Shown: piece by piece, positions 32,785-41,460 of the stretch
Numbering within the stretch: position 1 is the first letter of the stretch
Layout of the letters: each line of letters begins with the position of its first letter
Virus record (IMG/VR): IMGVR_UViG_2795385844_000002
Location: 1-64,000 of that record
Length of the DNA: 64,000 bases
Origin: a virus
Taxonomy: Duplodnaviria; Heunggongvirae; Uroviricota; Caudoviricetes
Strand: one strand, 5' to 3'
The notes under the pieces: model-generated
What the model was told of the DNA's origin: nothing
What the model saw: the letters and a program-made list of their open reading frames with translations, nothing else
Database searches by the model: none
Translations under genes and position numbers: made by a program

Positions 32785-33638
32785 GCAACTCGCTTCAGTT
32801 CAGGGACGACACGCAGCTTGCGGGCCCACTGTCCACCACGAACAATGTCGCGGCCACGCGCTAGGGGAACCTCGTAGATCCCCCACCTCCATTTCCCGCG
32901 CTTATCGGGAGTCTGGGGACAATGGAACATCAACGCCGTCTCGGTATCGCAGTCATGGTCAGCGAATTCTGCGGTGCCATCGCCGTTCGGCCAGAAGTCG
33001 GCCCATGGGATGTCTTGCTGGACAACTGAATCCTGATACAGCTGACCCATCACGTAAAGCGCCAACTGAGCACAGACACCCATGCGGTACTGGTCGTCCT
33101 TGCCGGTCTTGATGTCCACCATGTAGCGGACTCCATTCCATTCGACAATGCGGTCAGCAGAACCGGCAGCGCGTAGCGTAGACACTCGGCCATCGGGCAG
33201 CTCCATACGATCGTTCGCCTGTAGGAAGACCTCCCGGGCCAAGAACGTCATCCCGGGAATGGATGCGATGCACTCGTGATACCCATCCAGAATGGGCTTC
33301 ATATCCTCATCGACCAGCGACCAGTCGAGGTTCCCCTCTTCCAGGACTCCGGTGAAGTCGTGAATCGAGGTTCCACGCGATGACTTATTCATCGCACCGC
33401 CGATAGTCTCGGCCTGGTTAATGACTTCCTTGATCTCGCCCTTGCTCGAGTCCCAGCTACCGCCCTTGGCGATGATCGCCTTCATGCGGTTGAGCAACTG
33501 AGGGTTCTGCGCGAGACCGAACATGGCGTTGGCCTGATGCCAGGCAAACAACCCGTCCCCCGGCTTGTCCAAATCCTTAGCGAGAGTTGAGCAACGCGAG
33601 TATGCGACCCTTCGTCCCCCATCGGGGGTGTACAGCAT
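32781..33638 (-). CDS. Cas4/RecB-family PD-(D/E)XK exonuclease
   Basis: MVDIKTGKDD...QLALY nuclease motifs; C-terminal Cys cluster CDTETALMFHCP. Confidence 0.6.
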   Translation of the reverse strand: MLYTPDGGRRVAYSRCSTLAKDLDKPGDGLFAWHQANAMFGLAQNPQLLNRMKAIIAKGGSWDSSKGEIKEVINQAETIGGAMNKSSRGTSIHDFTGVLEEGNLDWSLVDEDMKPILDGYHECIASIPGMTFLAREVFLQANDRMELPDGRVSTLRAAGSADRIVEWNGVRYMVDIKTGKDDQYRMGVCAQLALYVMGQLYQDSVVQQDIPWADFWPNGDGTAEFADHDCDTETALMFHCPQTPDKRGKWRWGIYEVPLARGRDIVRGGQWARKLRVVPELKRVA

Positions 33639-33679
33639 GGGTCGCTGGTACCGGTCCCGGGGGATTGCCCAGTCAGTAA

Positions 33680-34303
33680 TTAGGCACTCGCAAGCAGCTC
33701 GAAGTGGGCGGCAGTCGCAGTCAGAGCGTCCACATCCGTGGAGCTCACCACGGCACCGCCATCTGGGTACTGCTCGGCGAACCAGACCTGCACGTCCTTC
33801 GACGCCACACCGGCAGCCTTGGCTGCAGCCTTCACGCGCGCCAGCGCCTCTGCGGCCTCAGGGTTGGCGTTCGTCTTCGGGGCAGCCTTGCGTGGCGCGG
33901 CCTTGGCGGAAGCAGCGTTGCCATCATCATCGACGTCGGCCACCAAGCCGAGTGCTGCCATGTAGGCGTAGCGGCGTGCGTAGGTGATCGCGGAGCCGTG
34001 AGCCTGTGGGTCGTTCTTCACTGGGTGAAGGACCATCGTGGAAGAGATCTGCTCGCCGCTCTCGTGGATGACAACAGTCTTGAGCGTGTCGTAAACCTTG
34101 CCATCGGCGTTGACATAGGAGGGCTGCTGGGAGACAGCAAGACCATGCTTAGCCAGCACCGGCTGAGCCTCACGCATCACCGCCGGAAGGTCGGCATACT
34201 TGGACTTGAAGAACGGGTTCGCCGTGTCCTTGGCGATCACCCCGAACTCGGACTGTGCAGCAACGAGGGCCTCTGCGAGGGTTGAGTGCTTGAATTCGCT
34301 CAC
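33680..34303 (-). CDS. erf: ERF-family single-strand annealing protein
   Basis: PFFKSKYADL ERF signature; Ala/Lys-rich C-terminus. Confidence 0.8.
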   Translation of the reverse strand: MSEFKHSTLAEALVAAQSEFGVIAKDTANPFFKSKYADLPAVMREAQPVLAKHGLAVSQQPSYVNADGKVYDTLKTVVIHESGEQISSTMVLHPVKNDPQAHGSAITYARRYAYMAALGLVADVDDDGNAASAKAAPRKAAPKTNANPEAAEALARVKAAAKAAGVASKDVQVWFAEQYPDGGAVVSSTDVDALTATAAHFELLASA

Positions 34304-34370
34304 CAGTCAGTAGCTCCTATGTAGAGAAAAACGAACAGAACGACTCCCCATGGCCACCATGGGATTTGAA

Positions 34371-34598
34371 TCACTTAGAGACAGCTTCAAAGGACTTGGC
34401 GACTAGCCAGACCATCCCAGCAACGAGCCCGATCGCCACGGCGAGCGCAATCGGGCCCCAGAGGGGGGCAGTGACCCACCACCACGACCAATCCTGAACC
34501 GGGTTCTCCCAAGGGCAGATTTTCATCATGGCGAGAATGCCGAAGAGAATCATTCCGGCTAGACCCGAAATCGCCTGAGAATTACCAGAATCACTCAC
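34371..34598 (-). CDS. small membrane protein
   Basis: C-terminal TM helices; start uncertain (GTG at 34598 or ATG at 34553). Confidence 0.35.
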   Translation of the reverse strand: MSDSGNSQAISGLAGMILFGILAMMKICPWENPVQDWSWWWVTAPLWGPIALAVAIGLVAGMVWLVAKSFEAVSK

Positions 34599-35053
34599 GC
34601 TGGTGTCACTTTCTTCTGAGCCTGTAGGACTGTGCCGTGACTCCGGGCAACCCCTCGGATAAGTTCGACAACCTGTCCCTGAGTGCGGCTCGGGTCGTCG
34701 TTGTAGGCCGACACATCCCCGCCGAATCCAGCCGGGATGGCGCGCGAGATCAACCGGTGGGCACCCCACCAGGCGCGCATATCGTCCCGAGCAGCCGACT
34801 TACCCACCGCAGCGTCCAATGCCCCAAGGATGTCGTAGCGCACAGCGTCACCGACACGCTCGTGTCGCACACCCTGTGTCCAACCATTTGCTAGCAGACG
34901 CGCTGCAATCTGGAGAGTTGCCGCTACAGCCTCAGGATCATCCAGCACCACAACGTTGTTCTTGCGGGCGAGACGGCGCAGCCAGTTAGCAGTAGACATA
35001 GCTGCAATTTTATCAACTACCCACATGATGCAGTTTGCTGGCGAACCATCCAA
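34595..35053 (-). CDS. hypothetical protein (152 aa)
   Basis: ORF track. Confidence 0.45.
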   Translation of the reverse strand: MDGSPANCIMWVVDKIAAMSTANWLRRLARKNNVVVLDDPEAVAATLQIAARLLANGWTQGVRHERVGDAVRYDILGALDAAVGKSAARDDMRAWWGAHRLISRAIPAGFGGDVSAYNDDPSRTQGQVVELIRGVARSHGTVLQAQKKVTPA

Positions 35054-35346
35054 CTATTGTCACGAGCCTTGTCTAGATCCCATGGTTCAGCACCCATATT
35101 CCGTAGCTCACGACACACCCTGGTGCGCTGAATCTTGAGTGTCAGCACGGCGTCAGCGTCAGATTCCCTGTGCCGCTCACGAATTGACTCATCAAGCAGG
35201 AAGAGGTCGAGAAGCTTCTCGTTCCTACTCTCCAGAAACTTGGCTGCGGATTCACTCACGCATACCAGGCTGAACCCATACACCGACTTGTTCGTGTGGG
35301 TATGAGCGCCGAGGGACACGACCCCCTCGGCGGCGCGACTGCGCAC
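35017..35346 (-). CDS. hypothetical protein adjacent to the divergent regulatory region
   Basis: ORF track; start uncertain (GTG at 35259 possible). Confidence 0.35.
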   Translation of the reverse strand: MRSRAAEGVVSLGAHTHTNKSVYGFSLVCVSESAAKFLESRNEKLLDLFLLDESIRERHRESDADAVLTLKIQRTRVCRELRNMGAEPWDLDKARDNSWMVRQQTASCG

Positions 35347-35742
35347 TCAGGTCGACAGGAAGGGATACTACTTTGCTCGGCCTCCCTGAGTCTCGAAACC
35401 CATTCTACTGATCCTGGCTTAGATGGAATCGCACAACGGAAATAATGAACCATTTCCGCAGGTCAGGATCTTTCACCCACATGAACCCCTGCGCCATGTC
35501 GTAGCCTCCTAAAAGGAGAGTGCGAACGCAGTGAGCACGCACCTCCCGCTAGGGAGGCCCACGCCGGATTGGCGTGGCTGCCCGAAGGGCATCAACCTCC
35601 AGACCGCAGCGTCCCCACTTGAGCATGGTTCTCGGTGAAATGAATAACCCTTGCAGTCAAGGTATCTCACGTTGAGGTGGAGGTAGTCGTTACGTAAGTC
35701 GGGAACGGTACTAGAGCGCGTGCGCGCGAGCCCGCTACCCAC
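35347..35742. promoter_or_regulatory. divergent intergenic regulatory region containing two copies of the ACCCACATGAACCC motif
   Basis: About 400 bp non-coding between minus- and plus-strand gene blocks; motif copies at 35474..35482 and 35737..35745. Confidence 0.5.
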
Positions 35743-36234
35743 ATGAACCCGAAATGCGCTGCAAGACTTTGTGACATGGGAATTGAAGTACAGAAGGCTC
35801 GCGGGAATGAGATCATCTACCGCACTCCGAACGGCCCTATCCATATCAAGGCTTGGGACGACAACGCGGGAATCTGGTGCCTATCGCTCAATGCTCCCGA
35901 CCGATACCCGAACGGATCGCGCAAGCAAACTACCCGCACTCTGAACATCGGGCCCCAGAGCCACGCGGATATTGAGGCGTTCGTCCAGGCTTTCGCCGTG
36001 ATCTACGAAGCCGCGGGCAGATCGAAAGCCCCTCGCAAGCTCGGCGGTCTGGACTGCGATGAAGCGCGTGATGGCGCGGTGTGGGCTGACTCGGATGAGG
36101 GATTCCCTTTTCACTACCGATTCCGTGGTGGTAACTGGGAATACCTCGCTCTCGCTGGGGAGAGTAGCTGGAAGGTACTGGACGACCCGTACTCGCTTAT
36201 CGGCTACGGCCCCTATGTCGAGGTGATCGCGTGA
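35743..36234 (+). CDS. hypothetical protein (163 aa) starting MNPK; C-terminal domain paralogous to the product of 8612..9448
   Basis: ATG embedded in the conserved motif; C-terminal LDCDEARDGAVW...YRFRGGNWEYL...PYVEVI. Confidence 0.6.
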   Translation: MNPKCAARLCDMGIEVQKARGNEIIYRTPNGPIHIKAWDDNAGIWCLSLNAPDRYPNGSRKQTTRTLNIGPQSHADIEAFVQAFAVIYEAAGRSKAPRKLGGLDCDEARDGAVWADSDEGFPFHYRFRGGNWEYLALAGESSWKVLDDPYSLIGYGPYVEVIA

Positions 36235-37034
36235 GCCATCACTCCCCTCGCCACAAGGAGATCGCCGCGAAAGGACTAATCCTCCTCACTGAGGTTGGAT
36301 CCGGCCTCCACGGTGTGACCCTGGAGGGCACTGACGACCATGACGAGATGGGTATCTGCATTCCCCCACCGGAATGCGTTCTGGGCCTGGAGAAGTTCGA
36401 GCAGTACGCCGATCGTTGGCGCTCAGACGGGACACGCATTCCTGACGGAGTGCGCAGTCAGCATGGCGATACCGATCACACGACGTATGCATTGAACAAG
36501 TGGGCTCGCCTTGCAGCGCAGGGGAACCCGACCGTTCTACTCCCGTTGTTCGCACCCAAGGGAAAGATCTATAAGCAGACGCTGGAGGGCACTCAACTTC
36601 TTAGGGCCCGGAGTCTGTTCCTCTCGAGGGACGCTGGGTGGCGGTTCCACGGTTATCTGAAAGCGCAGCGTGCGCGCATGATTGGCGAAAAGGGTGTGTC
36701 GAAACACAAGAATCGCCGCGAGCTGGTGGAGCAGTTAGGTTTCGACACGAAGATGGCCTACCACGCTCTGCGCCTAGCCGTCCAGGGTTCAGAACTGATG
36801 ACTCACCAAACCATCACAGTTCCCATGGCTGCATCGAACGTGAATTGGCTTCGGTACGTGCGCAATGGCGGCGCATCACTCGAATACGTGACACGGTGGC
36901 TGGATCAACTTACCGCTGCGCTTGAAATCGACATCGCGGCGTCGAGCCTCCCCGATCACGTTGACCACGACCAACTGAACGACTTCCTAATTGGCCTGCA
37001 CTACGGCTACTGGAAACGCACCGGTCAACTCTAA
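36231..37034 (+). CDS. Pol-beta superfamily nucleotidyltransferase
   Basis: GSGLHG-x7-DDHD NTase core motif; ATGA overlap with the upstream gene. Confidence 0.65.
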   Translation: MSHHSPRHKEIAAKGLILLTEVGSGLHGVTLEGTDDHDEMGICIPPPECVLGLEKFEQYADRWRSDGTRIPDGVRSQHGDTDHTTYALNKWARLAAQGNPTVLLPLFAPKGKIYKQTLEGTQLLRARSLFLSRDAGWRFHGYLKAQRARMIGEKGVSKHKNRRELVEQLGFDTKMAYHALRLAVQGSELMTHQTITVPMAASNVNWLRYVRNGGASLEYVTRWLDQLTAALEIDIAASSLPDHVDHDQLNDFLIGLHYGYWKRTGQL

Positions 37035-37052
37035 ACACGAAGGGATACGCAT

Positions 37053-37412
37053 ATGAGCAACAAGCGCAAGGACAGCATCGGAGTTCTCTCCAAGACTCAG
37101 GGAATGGTCAAGCTCGCGAAGCCGGGACCACCTGTCGCGGTTGGCACTCGCGTCACTGGGCACAACCTGGGCGCAGTGACGCACATTGTCTCGATCGAAG
37201 CTGAGCGCGTAGGTGAGAAGCGCGCCATCGGCATCACTTTCAATGAGGATGGCAGCCTTCACGCTGTGACCGTCCACTCCGCCGATGGTCCGCTCGCGGA
37301 ATTCAAGCCAGGCACCCATCTGAGCATTGGTGATAGTGGTGACCTTGTCGTGTTCGATGAGGAGCACTTCTACGACCCCGTCAGCGGTGCTGAGGTGGTT
37401 GAGGTTCACTAA
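37053..37412 (+). CDS. hypothetical protein (119 aa)
   Basis: ATG after the ACACGAAGGGATAC upstream motif. Confidence 0.55.
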   Translation: MSNKRKDSIGVLSKTQGMVKLAKPGPPVAVGTRVTGHNLGAVTHIVSIEAERVGEKRAIGITFNEDGSLHAVTVHSADGPLAEFKPGTHLSIGDSGDLVVFDEEHFYDPVSGAEVVEVH

Positions 37413-37681
37413 TGAAGACCTATGTCCACAACCCCACCGAGGTTGAGGCTATCCAGGTAGTGCGGCCATGGAAGGGCGTTCAAGACGCTGTCCCATTCGC
37501 TCACATGGTGAAGAAAGCCTCTGGCGCGTTCGACTACTTCAAGGTTTCATTTCCAGGCATCTCAGAGGTTGAGCGCGCGTACGAAGGTGACTGGATCGTG
37601 AAGGACCACGGTTACTACGAAGTGCTCACGAATGTTCAGTTCCAGTACTACTACGGAGACGCCAATGGTAACGGCGATTAG
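37412..37681 (+). CDS. hypothetical protein (89 aa)
   Basis: ORF track; ATGA overlap. Confidence 0.5.
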   Translation: MKTYVHNPTEVEAIQVVRPWKGVQDAVPFAHMVKKASGAFDYFKVSFPGISEVERAYEGDWIVKDHGYYEVLTNVQFQYYYGDANGNGD

Positions 37682-37955
37682 TGCTGGCATCTCCGAGATG
37701 GTGAATTCGGCGTTCGATGAATCTCGGTGTGAGGCTGAGCATACTGAGGTGAAGCACGAAGGAAAGATCGCTGCCCTCTGGGTTGGTCACACTTGCGCGG
37801 AACAGCTGTTATGTGAGGCCCACTTCAAATGCGCTGTTGATGTATGGATCCCACGCCACAAGCACACAGTCGCGACGATCGGCTACATCATCTGCGCGGA
37901 CTGCAATCGAAAGTTCCTCACCGCAGAGGAGTTCGTGACGGTGTATCCACTATGA
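37665..37955 (+). CDS. Cys/His-rich small protein (96 aa)
   Basis: Internal ATG at 37665; CEAEH...GHTCAEQLLCEAHFKC...CADC pattern. Confidence 0.4.
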   Translation: MVTAISAGISEMVNSAFDESRCEAEHTEVKHEGKIAALWVGHTCAEQLLCEAHFKCAVDVWIPRHKHTVATIGYIICADCNRKFLTAEEFVTVYPL

Positions 37956-38371
37956 CCATCACACTCCCCGACCTTGATGATCTCGACATGGAGTCCGTAC
38001 TGGAGAACTCCTACAAGGACTTCCATTGCAAGGGGTTCGACTACCTCTGCCTCTACCGCTCACCCGAGCTCACGCTGAAGGCCTACTTCTTCGAAGGTGA
38101 CGCCCAGGACGCGAGTGAGGTGGTGAACCCGCACAACCATCGCTACGACTTCCACACCACATGTCTGTCCGGCGCGGTGGAGAATCGCTGGTACCGGTCC
38201 TACCCATTCACCTTCGATACTGAGTCGAAGCCACAGAGCTACAACATGTTTGATTGGCACACGCCTCTGAACGGTGGTGGAGGCTTCACTATCAGTGGTG
38301 AGATCACACTGCAGAACTACAAGTCGATCCAACGCACCCCCGGTGCGTGGATACGGGATGGCTGCAGATGA
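37952..38371 (+). CDS. hypothetical protein (139 aa)
   Basis: ATG at 37952 (ATGA overlap); internal start of the 37844..38371 ORF. Confidence 0.5.
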   Translation: MTITLPDLDDLDMESVLENSYKDFHCKGFDYLCLYRSPELTLKAYFFEGDAQDASEVVNPHNHRYDFHTTCLSGAVENRWYRSYPFTFDTESKPQSYNMFDWHTPLNGGGGFTISGEITLQNYKSIQRTPGAWIRDGCR

Positions 38372-38567
38372 GCTGCACACCATCAAGATTCTGAAGCCAG
38401 ACACAGTTCTGTTTCTCGTGCAGTACGAAGACGTGGTGCCGTTGAATCAGCCAACGCAGACATTTACTCAGTCTGTCCAGCCACCTGACCTGTCAGGCTT
38501 GTACAACAAGTTCACCGCCGACCAGGCGGTGAAGAGGATCAAGCAACTGCAGGAGCTGATCGATTAG
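38358..38567 (+). CDS. hypothetical protein (69 aa)
   Basis: ATG at 38358. Confidence 0.4.
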   Translation: MAADELHTIKILKPDTVLFLVQYEDVVPLNQPTQTFTQSVQPPDLSGLYNKFTADQAVKRIKQLQELID

Positions 38568-38688
38568 GCGAGTGGAGCCACACCACGCGGCTACCTTTCC
38601 GCAGGTCGCGACCACTCAGGCCGCAAACTTTGACGGAGTTTTCTGATTCCAGTTTACGTGCAGGTCGTAATGCTCTACGTTGTTCCCT

Positions 38689-39930
38689 ATGTCTCGTGAC
38701 AAGACCTCTCGCAACCAGTACAAGACGTACTGGTGCCGGAATCTGCAACGCTGGCCAGATGTGCAGAAGGCCCGCCGTCGGGTCACGCCCGCTACTCGCA
38801 GAACGCTAGCGGCCCTCACCATCACAGCCGTCATGATCGGGGGCGCGAAGATCGTTAGCGACGAGACTATGCCAGGCAGCGGATTTTCGCCCGTGCAGAC
38901 CGCAGCAGCGGAGCCAACTGGTCCTCCCGCGCCAACCGGAGGCATGACCGATGGTGGCGGGCAAGGCTTTCAACCTCCGCAAATGCCTAGCTCAATGCCT
39001 GATTACCAGGGCGGCAACAACCAGCCGCCACTAGATCAGAACTCCGGAATTAGCATATACAATTCCGGCAATCCGCAAGCACCGCAACAGGTTCCGGGCC
39101 AGCAAGGCGGTCAGCAGCCCCAGCAGAGCTGGGATCAACCCGCACACGGGACGCAAATACCCGACTACTCCACCGCGCCCGGATACACCCAAGGCCCCGG
39201 CAAGCCAAACCCGGACTACCAAGCACCGCAACAGCAGTCGCCGCAACAGGGCCAACAACCCCAGCAGCAGCCTCAACAGCAGCAGCCAAGCCAGGCCCCC
39301 ACACAGACTCAACAGCCCGAGCAGCCGCAGAACAAGCAAGACGACACCACGCAGCAGCTCAACGAGCGCCAACAACAATGCCAGGCCGTCGCCCAGTCCT
39401 TTGGGAACCCCGCCGAAGAAGTGCTAAATGAGATAGTCGGTGAAATCCCCGATGCTCTCCGCAGCATGCTACCCAACGGCGGGCTACCCCGGCAGGGCGG
39501 GCCATCTCGGTCATGGAGCAAAGAGCCCTCCCCGGTGCCGGTTCCAAGCGGCGGCTGCAACGGACAATGCCCACCCCCAGAAGTGAAGGCTCAATGGGGC
39601 GTTATACGCACTGACTATACGGGTGGATTCAGGTCGCAAATCAACTCGATTGACGATATGAAAAGGATCGCACGAGACCTAGAAGACGCTCAGTCATCGA
39701 TGGCCGACATATGCAGTTATTCTTGGATACTAGCCTTCGCTAACGCAGTACCCTTTCTTGGCAAGGTGGTGGTTGGATCGGCTTCCTGGGGCTGCGCCCA
39801 GTACAACAACGCGGTAGGTGGTATGAAGACGGCTATATCTCGGGCGGCGGAGGAAGGTTTCTGCGGAACCATGGATTTTCATTATAACTTTTGGTGGAAC
39901 TTCACCAGACAAAAGTGCTTATTCGCCTAA
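38689..39930 (+). CDS. membrane-anchored Pro/Gln-rich protein with Cys-rich C-terminal domain
   Basis: TM LAALTITAVMIGGAKIV, long P/Q/G low-complexity region and a conserved Cys-containing C-terminal domain. Confidence 0.55.
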   Translation: MSRDKTSRNQYKTYWCRNLQRWPDVQKARRRVTPATRRTLAALTITAVMIGGAKIVSDETMPGSGFSPVQTAAAEPTGPPAPTGGMTDGGGQGFQPPQMPSSMPDYQGGNNQPPLDQNSGISIYNSGNPQAPQQVPGQQGGQQPQQSWDQPAHGTQIPDYSTAPGYTQGPGKPNPDYQAPQQQSPQQGQQPQQQPQQQQPSQAPTQTQQPEQPQNKQDDTTQQLNERQQQCQAVAQSFGNPAEEVLNEIVGEIPDALRSMLPNGGLPRQGGPSRSWSKEPSPVPVPSGGCNGQCPPPEVKAQWGVIRTDYTGGFRSQINSIDDMKRIARDLEDAQSSMADICSYSWILAFANAVPFLGKVVVGSASWGCAQYNNAVGGMKTAISRAAEEGFCGTMDFHYNFWWNFTRQKCLFA

Positions 39931-39950
39931 GACCCTGAGGTTAAAAGCCA

Positions 39951-40721
39951 GTGGATAAAAATTCTGTAAACAAAGCGCTCCGCATCACTCGGATAGTTCT
40001 AATTGTTGCGGGCCTAATCGGATTAACGCTTACGCTGTTCACTGACCTGCCAATGTCCCAGGTAGCGCTGTACCTCGTAGCCGCATATGGGATATGGGTG
40101 GTAGTCGATGCCATCGTGAACACCAGCAGCCGAAAACAGCTTTACCTAAAGCTAGCTGGAGTGGTAGCCGCTGTCGGTATTGCGTGGCTGGTTGTCGTAT
40201 TGCTAATACGCGGCATATTTGCTGGAGGAAATACTAGCTCGGTTGACCAGCAAGAAACTGAGCAGACTTCATTCTCGCCAATAGCGGGGCAATTCCCGCC
40301 AGACACGAAAACGATCAATCCTGACTTTCCCGCTGGAACATGTGTGAATCTTCACGGGTCTCGCACCAACGCCCAAGTCGACAAAGCCGGATGCGGTTCA
40401 CCAGAGAACAACTTCATCGTTGTGCAGCAGGTCCAGAAACCGAGCGAATGCGTTGGCGACGTAGACCAGAAGTACTACACCAACACAGCCGGTCGCGGCG
40501 AGTGGACAGTCTGCATGGATTACTACTGGGTCCAAGGCAGCTGCCTAAGCATGAACGGCTTCGAAATCAAACGGGTTAAATGCGATGACCGCACAAAACC
40601 CGCCCGTGAGAAGCCGGTACGACTAGCTCTCAACAGCACCAACATATCTAGCTGCCCATCAGGCGGCTACGCACATCCCGTACGTAGGTTCGTCGTCTGC
40701 ACTGAGACTCAAACTAGTTAA
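39951..40721 (+). CDS. membrane protein with Cys-rich extracellular domain
   Basis: Three predicted N-terminal TM helices; GTG start. Confidence 0.5.
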   Translation: MDKNSVNKALRITRIVLIVAGLIGLTLTLFTDLPMSQVALYLVAAYGIWVVVDAIVNTSSRKQLYLKLAGVVAAVGIAWLVVVLLIRGIFAGGNTSSVDQQETEQTSFSPIAGQFPPDTKTINPDFPAGTCVNLHGSRTNAQVDKAGCGSPENNFIVVQQVQKPSECVGDVDQKYYTNTAGRGEWTVCMDYYWVQGSCLSMNGFEIKRVKCDDRTKPAREKPVRLALNSTNISSCPSGGYAHPVRRFVVCTETQTS

Positions 40722-40722
40722 A

Positions 40723-41112
40723 GTGGTAGATCAGAACCTGCTTTCGGCTATATGCCTAGTGCTCACCGCGTTGGGAATTCGGGTAGTCCTGGCTGTTGTG
40801 TTTTATGTTGCTGGCGCGCTGCTCGGCCAGCGTTGGGCCACTTATGGCAACGTCGACATCGCGCTCAACCGGCTATTCAGGGTGCTACCCCGATGGGGTC
40901 AAGTGCTCGTCTCATTGGCAGTTGTTGCGGCCCTACTTGCCCTGTCCATACTTGCCACCGGCTCAGCAACCGGAGTTGGGCTCGGCATCATGATCTACCT
41001 GATAACCACCGCCACAGTCACACTGCCCACACCCGCGAACGCCACAGATCGCATCACAAGGTTCCCCCTACGGGAACTCGCGGGAGTGCCTTGTCGACGG
41101 CGGAATAACTGA
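40723..41112 (+). CDS. polytopic small membrane protein
   Basis: Multiple hydrophobic helices; GTG start. Confidence 0.5.
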   Translation: MVDQNLLSAICLVLTALGIRVVLAVVFYVAGALLGQRWATYGNVDIALNRLFRVLPRWGQVLVSLAVVAALLALSILATGSATGVGLGIMIYLITTATVTLPTPANATDRITRFPLRELAGVPCRRRNN

Positions 41113-41144
41113 ATTGCCCTCTGAGATCCCCTGTAACGAAAGAA

Positions 41145-41176
41145 CCCCGGCTCCACTACGGAGTCGGGGTTTTCTC
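41145..41176. terminator. rho-independent terminator between convergent gene blocks
   Basis: CCCCGGCTCC-ACTA-CGGAGTCGGGG hairpin followed by TTTTCTCTTG. Confidence 0.6.
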
Positions 41177-41200
41177 TTGCCTGCAGCCAGCTGAGGGCGA

Positions 41201-41452
41201 CTACACCACCAATGCGTGGTAGTCCGCAATCAGCTCCTTCAGCTCCTCGGAAGCGAAGCCCTCCCATACATTGTCGTCATCGATCAGCACAACAGGTGCG
41301 TTCATGAACCCGTGAGATGTCACGCGCTCATGCCATGTCGCGTCCTCGTCCAGGCGGATCTCCTCGAAAGGGATCTCGTTCTTCTTCAGCTGGTTCTTCA
41401 CCAACGTGCAGCGGTGGCAGGACGGTCCGGTTGAAAAGACAGTGATGGTCAA
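41201..41452 (-). CDS. nrdH: NrdH-like glutaredoxin
   Basis: CHRC redox-active site near the N-terminus; 83 aa. Confidence 0.7.
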   Translation of the reverse strand: MTITVFSTGPSCHRCTLVKNQLKKNEIPFEEIRLDEDATWHERVTSHGFMNAPVVLIDDDNVWEGFASEELKELIADYHALVV

Positions 41453-41460
41453 GAGATTCC

